Shown here: positions 1 to 6,853 of the stretch, in pieces
Position numbering within the stretch: the stretch's first letter is position 1
Layout of the letters: every line of letters begins with the position of its first letter
Source of the DNA: an uncultured Nitrososphaerota archaeon
GTDB lineage: Archaea > Thermoproteota > EX4484-205 > JAAOZO01
Length of the DNA stretch: 19,507 bases
Direction: 5' to 3'
Assembly (NCBI GenBank): GCA_964408285.1
Contig: CAYOYV010000018.1
Location: 1-19,507, forward strand
Made by a program: the position numbers and the translations under genes
The notes under the pieces: generated by a model
Seen by the model: only the letters and a program-made list of their open reading frames with translations
The model's database searches: none
Told to the model about the DNA's origin: nothing

Positions 1-49
1 TGTTTTGATTATTCTGTGAAGCTATGCTGCAATTCCTATGGGGTTTAAG

Positions 50-185
50 TGCGCCAGGCAGGATTTTCGCCAAAGTGACTCGAACCTGCGAATTCAGGTC
101 ACGGGTCCGCATAACACGGGCCTGCGAACTCCTTCGAGAAGGGATCTTGAGTCCCTCGCCTTTGTCCTGACTCGGCAACTGGCGC
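50..185 (-). tRNA. tRNA-Leu(CAA) with two non-canonical introns (36 nt in the variable arm, ~93-128; 15 nt at 59/60, 64-78)
   Basis: Minus strand: acceptor GCGCCAG/CTGGCGC-A, D-stem GCC/GGC, anticodon arm AGGGA-CTCAAGA-TCCCT, long variable arm, T-stem GCAGG/CCTGC. Removing 36+15 nt leaves an 85-nt mature tRNA with T-loop TTCGAGT. The T-loop intron has BHB central helix TTCG/CGAA with bulges AG|T and AA|T. Confidence 0.9.
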
Positions 186-278
186 CTTACTCCCCCTCCC
201 ACGATTTCAGACACTTCTCCCTAAATTAAGTTTATTGCAATGGATCCTCGTTGTGTCTGTATGCTACGGACCTAAACA

Positions 279-285
279 TTTTAAA
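279..285 (+). promoter_or_regulatory. TATA box of the wHTH-PAC2 operon (probably leaderless transcript)
   Basis: TTTTAAA about 24 nt upstream of the ATG at 309, typical archaeal spacing. Confidence 0.5.
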
Positions 286-308
286 CTCCGCTGGCCGATC
301 GAGAATCA

Positions 309-587
309 ATGCCCCTCCTGACAGATCTCTTTGGAGATTCGGTGCAAGTGAAGATAATAGAGTTCCTATTGCTACATCCCGGAAAGTTATTCAGCCAATC
401 ACAGATATCGAGAGAGGCAGGTTGTTCGGGGTCAAGCGTTGGAAGGGTCCTTGAACCTATAATGAGAATAGGGCTCGCAAAGTCAATCTCGTTCCCTGGA
501 GAAGCCAAGATAATAGGGCTGAACGCCGAAAGCCCTATTACAAAGGAACTACTCAGGCTCAAAGAGGTTCTGGGACCGAACAAATGA
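309..587 (+). CDS. Small winged helix-turn-helix protein (92 aa)
   Basis: LFGDSVQVKIIEFLL...FSQSQISREAGCSGSSVGRVLEPIMRIGLA is a typical archaeal wHTH pattern. ATGA overlap with the next gene. Confidence 0.8.
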   Translation: MPLLTDLFGDSVQVKIIEFLLLHPGKLFSQSQISREAGCSGSSVGRVLEPIMRIGLAKSISFPGEAKIIGLNAESPITKELLRLKEVLGPNK

Positions 588-1216
588 GCGTCTTCACGGA
601 ATTCCCCCTAGGGGAGTTGCCATCGCCGGCAAACGTGATGCTAATTGGCCTCCCAGGGGTATCAGTCGTCGGAAGAAGAGTAGTCGACAAGATATTGGAA
701 GTAACGAAGTCAACGGAATTGCTGAAAACAGTGCCACACTTCCTTCCGGACATACTGATAGCTGATGAGGAGGGAAGGCCATATCTTCCTGGTCTCGATT
801 TCTACAGGTCAAACAAGGGAGATCCGACGATAGTTTCTGTCACAAGTAACTTCCAGATAGACCTCCTGCCTTCTCCTTTTTCATATTGGATTGCAGAGTA
901 CCTAGTGAGAAAAGCCAAGGAATTCTCTTGCAATAAGATCGCCGTTCTAGGTACGGTATTGGGGAAAAAGACCGTTATCTTCTACTTGGCAAGTGGCGAA
1001 GCTTTCTCTCCATCAATAGAATCACTTAATCTGACTCCATTACAGCATCGCAGCATCGAGGGCATCTCTGCCCTTGTATTGCCTATGTCTCGGTTCTACA
1101 AGATCCCTGCCATTGAACTGGCGTTTCAGGTCACTGCGGATGGTTCAGCCCCGCCATCATTAGTCAACGATGGATTCTCGCTCTTAGTTCGTTTACTGGA
1201 TCTTAACATTCCTTAG
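584..1216 (+). CDS. PAC2-family (proteasome assembly chaperone-like) protein
   Basis: N-terminal LIGLPGVSVVGRRVVDKIL matches the PAC2 GxPGxGxVG motif. Later IAVLG and SIEGISALVL segments fit the family. Translationally coupled to the wHTH gene. Confidence 0.75.
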   Translation: MSVFTEFPLGELPSPANVMLIGLPGVSVVGRRVVDKILEVTKSTELLKTVPHFLPDILIADEEGRPYLPGLDFYRSNKGDPTIVSVTSNFQIDLLPSPFSYWIAEYLVRKAKEFSCNKIAVLGTVLGKKTVIFYLASGEAFSPSIESLNLTPLQHRSIEGISALVLPMSRFYKIPAIELAFQVTADGSAPPSLVNDGFSLLVRLLDLNIP

Positions 1217-1221
1217 GACGC

Positions 1222-2574
1222 TCATCTAAACCAATCTTGGATGAGACCTACTACAGGTGGTCTAGTGGCTTCTACCCCATAGCGGGAAAAGGGTTTTGTC
1301 AAATGCCTCTGGCCGGTTGGATCTGGCAGGTAGGTTCCCTCCAGTATTCTTCTATTCGTTCTCTCTATGACGGGGACGGCCATTCGGTAATCACAATGTC
1401 TGCATCGATACCCTTGCCTCAACCCCTTGCTATCGCATCTTATTCTGCAGTTAGGACAGATCGGCGCTTTCTTCACATTTACATTGACGAGTTCGAGCAC
1501 TTCTAACTTCTCAAGGTTTAGGAAGATTGAACCATTTCTTTGTCTTGTGCCACCACAAACGAGGACTTTATCCCCTACTGTCAATGCGGAAACAACATGT
1601 CTCAGGCGCCCGGATTCCCTGTAGCATACAACATCGAGCTTGCTCGTTCCTAAATCAACTCGGCATACTACGTGACCGCCTCTTATGATCCTAGGTTTAG
1701 CGCAGACGTTTGCATTGGCGCAGAAGACAATATGAGGCCGTTTCGGAACGGGGGGCTGATTTCCTATGCGGTAGAAGGCTTGGAAATGGGCATCTGTTCC
1801 TTGATTTGTCTTGAATATCATCCAGCCGGCGATTTCCTCATTAATCTTCAGATAACTCAGTGCGTTGAGCACGGCCTCCGGAGTTTCACCTCTAATGCCA
1901 AACAGAATAGGATCGGGGCCATGGGGGGTTATCAGAATCCTCCTGTTGTCAAGGTCGATGTTATTGAACGTAAGGGACCTAGTTCTCTGGTCCATCAGAA
2001 TGATGCTTTGCTTATCTACCTTTCTGGGCTTACCACACATCTCGCTACTCCGGTAAGCTAAGAGCTCGTATGTACAGTCTCCACTGAGGTCTGCTCCCAA
2101 TGCGGAGATGGCGCCAACCGATCCAATCTTGGAGTCTTTGAGGAATAGTATGCTGATTCCGTGACTTTGTGCGAAATCCAGAGCCTCCTGAACGCTTATT
2201 ATGTCGCACAACGCGCGGCCATAGAAACGAGCGAGGGCGCCATTTTGGATGCCAGTGTAGGATAAAGCGACCGCAGGATTTGTGTCGCGTTCTTGCATAT
2301 GTGAATTCCTTTTTACCGTGTCTTCTATGAAATCTGTAAAGCGGTTCATGTCAAGATTATCACCAATTGGATACGAGATTTTGATAGCAGCATTGCCCTT
2401 TGTCTTCCTTGGGAAATTCGGGTTGAGCCTCACGAGGTAGGGGTATTCTATCGGTGTGATGTCGAAGGTCTGCCTTATGCGCTTCACTATCTCGTAGGCC
2501 ACGTGTGTAGTACAGCCACCCTTTAGAGAATCTGTGTCATCTATTCCGATATCCAACCTGGTAGGAATCGACAT
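1222..2574 (-). CDS. tiaS: tRNA(Ile2) 2-agmatinylcytidine synthetase TiaS (the ORF extends to 2649; start more likely 2574 or 2601)
   Basis: Motifs IGIDDTDS..GGCTT, LVRLNPNFPRKTKGNAA, PHGPDPILFGIRG, TNQGTDAH, an OB-fold, Zn ribbon CPNC..CRHC and RHLTKP. TTAAAT on the minus strand at ~2613-2618 favours a downstream start. Confidence 0.95.
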   Translation of the reverse strand: MSIPTRLDIGIDDTDSLKGGCTTHVAYEIVKRIRQTFDITPIEYPYLVRLNPNFPRKTKGNAAIKISYPIGDNLDMNRFTDFIEDTVKRNSHMQERDTNPAVALSYTGIQNGALARFYGRALCDIISVQEALDFAQSHGISILFLKDSKIGSVGAISALGADLSGDCTYELLAYRSSEMCGKPRKVDKQSIILMDQRTRSLTFNNIDLDNRRILITPHGPDPILFGIRGETPEAVLNALSYLKINEEIAGWMIFKTNQGTDAHFQAFYRIGNQPPVPKRPHIVFCANANVCAKPRIIRGGHVVCRVDLGTSKLDVVCYRESGRLRHVVSALTVGDKVLVCGGTRQRNGSIFLNLEKLEVLELVNVNVKKAPICPNCRIRCDSKGLRQGYRCRHCDYRMAVPVIERTNRRILEGTYLPDPTGQRHLTKPFSRYGVEATRPPVVGLIQDWFR

Positions 2575-2666
2575 GGTCTTTGCTTGCGTTAGGTTATGCA
2601 TCTGGTTGTGAGATTTAATCGTTTTTGATTCCTGTAGCCGATTAGGCATTTTAACACCTATAACGC

Positions 2667-3341
2667 CTAAACGAGAATTACCGTAACTTGGTCCGGACTA
2701 GACCTAAGCTCCTCGATTTTCAAGTCCTGAGTATTGTCCACTAATTGATAACCGATAATCTTGCTCGCCAGTCCCTTCTTAATCAATGAGCGTATCATGA
2801 CATCTAGTAGCTCTTTGTCGTGCGAGAGGTCAACACCCATCGCTTCTATGATTAGTTTGTTTGCCTGTTCTGACTCCACCTCGCAGAGCAACTCCGTGTC
2901 AGAAATGACAACCGCTACCTTTTTTCCTCCCTCCGCAAGGGGCTTGACCCGCGAGTCGTCCTTGAACTTCTCGGCCAGCGTCCGCAGCCATTCTGTGTAG
3001 GTCGTTTCCACGTTCTCCATGCTCTGTCTGTATCTTTCTTCCACAGAGAGAATTCCGTCATACAGCACTATCCTCACGGAATAGACTTTGGTGTCTCCCT
3101 CCGACGCCACATTAAATAGCTGCAAGGCCAAAGCTCCCACTTTTTTGGGATCGCTCGTGTAAGCAACCATCTCAAAACCGGTTCCTTGGCCCCTCTCTCT
3201 GCCATCGACTATTATTTCACACTCCTTGGTCGCGTCCTTCCATCTGTTCCTAATGTACTTATTGCAGTTCTGATCGATGATCCCCGGCTCGTCCTCGGGT
3301 GTCCAAACGGTGACTCGCATGGCTTTGGTTAGACGTGACAA
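2667..3341 (-). CDS. Hypothetical protein (224 aa from TTG; alternative ATG at 3320)
   Basis: Long ORF with protein-like composition starting 6 nt after the stop of the LAGLIDADG gene. No motif recognised. Confidence 0.75.
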   Translation of the reverse strand: MSRLTKAMRVTVWTPEDEPGIIDQNCNKYIRNRWKDATKECEIIVDGRERGQGTGFEMVAYTSDPKKVGALALQLFNVASEGDTKVYSVRIVLYDGILSVEERYRQSMENVETTYTEWLRTLAEKFKDDSRVKPLAEGGKKVAVVISDTELLCEVESEQANKLIIEAMGVDLSHDKELLDVMIRSLIKKGLASKIIGYQLVDNTQDLKIEELRSSPDQVTVILV

Positions 3342-3347
3342 TTTGTC

Positions 3348-4283
3348 TTATAAACTCAACTCTTTCTTCTTTTTTATGGCCTCAAATATTGTCAGATGTT
3401 CGAGCCTTACGGTCCCTATTTCTTCGATGAATTTCAAATGGTCTTCCTCCGGAAGCGTGAACCAGCGATCAGTCCATTTCTCTATCCTCCCCCTCCTCAC
3501 TCTCTGCCTCTCCTTCTCCTGAATCTCATGCGGATGGAAACCGAGATCCATGAAGGCTTGCCTAAGTTCCTCTAAGCAGTCCCTATACTTAGAGTACACT
3601 CGTATCATGTATGTCTCACCAGTTTTGCTCACATTTCCATCTCCTGAAAAGAACCCCTTCAAATATGCCCTTAATCCATCTTCATCTAGGTGCTCAATTG
3701 GCACGTGAAACCTGTATGGACCTGTCTTGATACCAATATCGTTGAGGTCATAGAATATCCCCTTATCGTTTATCATCGCCCTTATCATTCCGTCAGCTTC
3801 AAAATAGTGATGCGAAGTCTTATTGTAGACCTCTTTAGACAAACTATCGAAAAGCCCGATGGGTTCCTTATCTTTCGAATTAAGATATGTCTTGTATTGG
3901 CCGTAATATCTTCCTCTGGACTGATCGAAATACCAATAGAAATGATTCCCTCCATCGGAAGCTATTAAGCCGCAAAGCAAGGCTTTAGCCGGGCTAAGTA
4001 TCTCTCTTCTCCCCCTTTCGGATACTTCCAATAACATTCCGTGACTTAAAGGAAAGACGACCCTATCCTTCTCTATCGACACGTCGGAAAAAGTGCCGAC
4101 GGCTAGGTCCCCTTTGGCCAGCTCATATCCTCCGTCCTTTGACTTATACATCTCGTATCCTCCAAACACCTTCACAAGCTCGGGCATCTCATCGAAGATG
4201 CACTCCTCCTTCTCGCCCGACCATGCTGGCTCTCTTTGAGAGAACCTCCTTTCATGCTGTCTTATCGCTGATCCACTGCCCAT
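3348..4283 (-). CDS. Free-standing double-motif LAGLIDADG (DOD/intein-type) endonuclease-like protein
   Basis: Two LAGLIDADG helices, ALLCGLIASDGG and AYLKGFFSGDGN, about 105 aa apart. The pattern VP..L....LRAYLKG..IRVYSK..CLEELRQAFMDLGF..KFIEEIG is typical of intein-type endonucleases. No C-terminal intein HN block. Confidence 0.85.
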   Translation of the reverse strand: MGSGSAIRQHERRFSQREPAWSGEKEECIFDEMPELVKVFGGYEMYKSKDGGYELAKGDLAVGTFSDVSIEKDRVVFPLSHGMLLEVSERGRREILSPAKALLCGLIASDGGNHFYWYFDQSRGRYYGQYKTYLNSKDKEPIGLFDSLSKEVYNKTSHHYFEADGMIRAMINDKGIFYDLNDIGIKTGPYRFHVPIEHLDEDGLRAYLKGFFSGDGNVSKTGETYMIRVYSKYRDCLEELRQAFMDLGFHPHEIQEKERQRVRRGRIEKWTDRWFTLPEEDHLKFIEEIGTVRLEHLTIFEAIKKKKELSL

Positions 4284-4284
4284 T

Positions 4285-5439
4285 TCATTTACCTGCGAAA
4301 GAATTTGTCAGAGCCAACAGGTTGTGAGTGGTTAGTGTCCTGATATAAGATGTCCCACATTCGAATCCGGTGTCAAAAAGCTCCTGAGGCATCCTTCCTT
4401 TGCAGATCTCACAATGACATTCCTCATACCTGATTTCTGGATCCCCCATTTCGTAGAACCTGCCGTTCTTGAAGTAATGTTCATGCTTAGCCTCTATGAA
4501 CCAGGAGAGATTGCTATAGCTTACCCCTTCATGTCTGATTCTATAAGCGACCCCATAGAGAAGAAGTTGCCAGTCTAGGCCGTTGACGTTACGGTTCTCG
4601 CCTAAGACATCGAGGGTACGGGATACGAAGCCTTCCAACAAGCGTTGCTCGAGGAGTTCTCGTGCTGGCATTACGAAGGAGACGTACCCCATTTCAATCT
4701 GCTTCTGGAGTGCCCAACGAATCTGATGCGTATCCGCCCCCTTGACCAAACCAATCACGGGAAGTTGTAGATCAAGAAAATCATTAGCAAAGGTTACTAG
4801 GCGTATTGTTTGGGTCCAAGACTGGTAGAGCGGGACATCAGTGTAAGTATAATTGTCAGGTACCATCGTGGCATCCGGTCGGAGATCTGTGATGAGCTGG
4901 AAATAGTCCTGCCTCTTGAGCTTATCGATGAATTCATCCTGCATCACGGTGGATAGCAGTATCTTCCCGTCAAATCCCAAGTAGTCGTGTAGGCCCTTGC
5001 TCGTGGCGTTAGATAGAACGTTCTCGTTAACTAACAGTTGCCACAGGGGGACAAATATCGCTGGTAGCTTGATCCCTTCGTTCCAGAACCATGACTTTTC
5101 GTCTTGGGTATCGATCTCCGGCACGAATTTAGGGAAATCTACCTTCACCTTGCGCTCGTTCTTGATGGATGGAACCTGCAAAGGAGGGGACCTAGTCTTG
5201 CCTCCAATTGGGCAATACGACCTCATCGTGCAGAACGACTTCGGGTAGGTCAATCCTGTATAAGAGATCCCCTTAATGCATTGCCAGACGAGGCAACCTC
5301 CTGCAGTGCAGCCAAAGCACAAGTCCTTGAGGTAAGGGCAATTCGTACATCTGATTCCGCATCTCCCCTGTTCTCTCACGATCCACTTGATCTCTTTCAA
5401 TAATGTATTTCTCTGCTTAATTCCGTATTTATAACTCAC
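4285..5439 (-). CDS. Divergent tRNA-guanine-transglycosylase (TGT)-fold-like protein with N-terminal Cys-rich metal-binding domain
   Basis: N-terminal CGIRCTNC..CFGC..C..C..C..C (DUF3795-like). TGT-like segments KGLHDYLGFDGKILLS, MVPD, VIGLVKG and LLYGV, plus C-terminal Zn site CHCEIC...THNL. GTG start. Confidence 0.7.
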   Translation of the reverse strand: MSYKYGIKQRNTLLKEIKWIVREQGRCGIRCTNCPYLKDLCFGCTAGGCLVWQCIKGISYTGLTYPKSFCTMRSYCPIGGKTRSPPLQVPSIKNERKVKVDFPKFVPEIDTQDEKSWFWNEGIKLPAIFVPLWQLLVNENVLSNATSKGLHDYLGFDGKILLSTVMQDEFIDKLKRQDYFQLITDLRPDATMVPDNYTYTDVPLYQSWTQTIRLVTFANDFLDLQLPVIGLVKGADTHQIRWALQKQIEMGYVSFVMPARELLEQRLLEGFVSRTLDVLGENRNVNGLDWQLLLYGVAYRIRHEGVSYSNLSWFIEAKHEHYFKNGRFYEMGDPEIRYEECHCEICKGRMPQELFDTGFECGTSYIRTLTTHNLLALTNSFAGK

Positions 5440-5590
5440 CGATAGGGCTCATCAGGATAATTGAGGATCGGCTCCAAGAGTATGAGAGAGTTATTTCCCT
5501 TTGCATTTGCCGTAGATCTTAGGCTTTGATCTTACCTCAGTTGTTCGGCACTCAGGTTAGTTATCTGTGAGGTTGTTAATTCATTTACAG

Positions 5591-5627
5591 CTCTTTGAGA
5601 GTATGCAGCATGAACTTGTTCAAAGAG
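5591..5627. repeat. 8-bp inverted repeat directly 3' of the tRNA-iMet discriminator (possible trailer hairpin or terminator)
   Basis: CTCTTTGA (5591-5598) / TCAAAGAG (5620-5627). Confidence 0.4.
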
Positions 5628-5772
5628 TAGCGGGGCATGGATTTGTTCCGAGCAAAAAGCTCGCTTGAACCATGGCTCTCAGGGTTATGAGCCCTGCGGG
5701 TTAGACCTAGTTGGGCCTTTCTTTGGTCTACCCCATTACGGCTACTCACCGTGGAGATGAGCAGACCCCGCT
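5628..5772 (-). tRNA. Initiator tRNA-Met(CAT) with three non-canonical introns (7/8: 5736-5765; 15/16: 5711-5727; 58/59: 5643-5664)
   Basis: Acceptor AGCGGGG/CCCCGCT-A (A1-U72), anticodon arm CAGGG-CTCATAA-CCCTG with three G-C pairs, T-arm CATGG-TTCAAAT-CCATG. The 145-nt gene minus 30+17+22 nt of BHB-flanked introns gives a 76-nt mature tRNA. Confidence 0.93.
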
Positions 5773-5805
5773 ATTGCCCCGCCGTTGATGATTTTTCCGT
5801 CCGGT

Positions 5806-5812
5806 TATTTAA
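5806..5812 (-). promoter_or_regulatory. TATA box of tRNA-iMet
   Basis: TTAAATA on the minus strand 34-40 nt upstream of the tRNA 5' end. Confidence 0.6.
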
Positions 5813-6336
5813 GAGTTGGGGAATCATTGCAGAAAAAATCTCCGATTATTCCTCTTGCGTTTGGTATCTTCAGCGAACGCTCCTTTTTCAGGGAGGTATG
5901 TCTTCTCGTATGATCAAACGACGCCTACGGCCCTTACATGACGCCACATGTTCACTGAACCTGGCTTCCTAAGAAGTGACCGGAGGCAGGAACCTCAATT
6001 CGAACTATAAGCGGCAGGAAAAACAATGTCCAACGCGCGAGACCTTCGGGTGACCCGGATGGTGAACCGTCAATCCCGTTTCGCGATTCCAGAAGATGAT
6101 TCTGCTTTCAGTTGATTCAGATTTCAGAGACAGATATCCGATCAAAGACGGTCGCGTCTCATAGTTTCAGTACTCGTTCCAGGGGGTGACCCACTGGGCG
6201 GATTGAGTGAACATCTCCACCCCTCTTGCTTTGATTCGTGAACCGTGCAGTAACCTAAAGCCCCAAACAGATTGAGGGCCTATTTGGCGCCCTGAGACCC
6301 CCCGCAGGCGTTTCTACAGCCTACTCAGGGATAGAC

Positions 6337-6343
6337 TTAAATA
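6337..6343 (+). promoter_or_regulatory. TATA box of the wHTH-wHTH-NurA-HerA operon
   Basis: TTAAATA about 33 nt upstream of ATG 6377. Confidence 0.55.
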
Positions 6344-6376
6344 CGAACATACGTAAACGTTAACGTAGACACGTAG

Positions 6377-6853
6377 ATGGGGAGACTCAAGGTTTCATTT
6401 AGGCACAGAGGTTCTGTTATCTCGATACTGGCCAAAGATCCAGAGGAGATGGCTAGGCTTCTGGAAAGCGTTCCAGAGATCTTCAGGAAGATTGACGATG
6501 CCTTGGAAAGGGCCAAAACCCGAGAGGAAGAGGAAGTGGACTACAGTAGTCTGATTAGGATAGACGAGAATGGGGGCCCCATATTAAGGGTCATGGAAGG
6601 AAGCACGACCGATAAAGAGGCAATTATGCTCTTGCTCTACCCGGCAGGTGACGAAGGGCTCAGGTCTGGGGACATAAACATGAGGCTCGGCCTAAGCGGG
6701 GTCGTAGCAGCAGGCTATGCCTCCAGACTGACGGAGATGAGGAGGGAAGGCATAATCACGAGAAAACCCACAGGAGAACACGTATTGACGGAGAAGGGGA
6801 AGATGATGGCAAGGGAGCTGGTGAAAAGACTCAAAGAGGCTGTTCAGGAATGA
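6377..6853 (+). CDS. Putative DNA-binding protein with C-terminal winged HTH
   Basis: EAIMLLLY..GLRSGDINMRL....YASRLTEMRREGIITRK..GEHVLTEKG is a wHTH with its wing motif. Confidence 0.75.
   Translation: MGRLKVSFRHRGSVISILAKDPEEMARLLESVPEIFRKIDDALERAKTREEEEVDYSSLIRIDENGGPILRVMEGSTTDKEAIMLLLYPAGDEGLRSGDINMRLGLSGVVAAGYASRLTEMRREGIITRKPTGEHVLTEKGKMMARELVKRLKEAVQE

Noticed and set aside
38-229. 63-aa ORF on the + strand
   Set aside because: Antisense to the tRNA-Leu gene and not protein-like.
2575-2700. att-like duplication of the tRNA 3' end bounding the three-gene cassette
   Set aside because: No copy of the tRNA-iMet 3' sequence seen and no integrase or transposase, so no mobile element is called.
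3348-4283. Intein
   Set aside because: No convincing Hint blocks, no C-terminal HN + C/S/T and no flanking extein. The ECIFDE resemblance to block A is weak.
5628-5772. CAT-anticodon tRNA as tRNA-Ile2, the substrate of nearby TiaS
   Set aside because: A1-U72 and three consecutive G-C anticodon-stem pairs identify it as initiator Met.
5751-5972. 73-aa ORF on the + strand
   Set aside because: Overlaps the tRNA and its promoter antisense, with no recognisable features.
6030-6200. Apparent short similarities between the minus strand of this region and the SRP locus (CGGTTCA..CCATC..GAAGGTCTC)
   Set aside because: Matches are short, one lies outside the SRP RNA, and no helix 6/8 motifs are present. 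Not a second SRP copy.
6005-6214. 70-codon minus-strand frame with one in-frame TGA (6167-6169), possible selenoprotein or readthrough
   Set aside because: No redox motif or family resemblance and no SECIS recognised. Compatible with chance.
5960-6290. RNase P RNA on the + strand (loose likeness of CGGCAGGAAAAACAATGTCC and GGTGAACCG to CR-II/CR-III)
   Set aside because: The universally conserved CR-I (GAGGAAnnUCC) and CR-V (ACAGAAnnnnGCU) P4 elements are not found. An Infernal scan would settle it.
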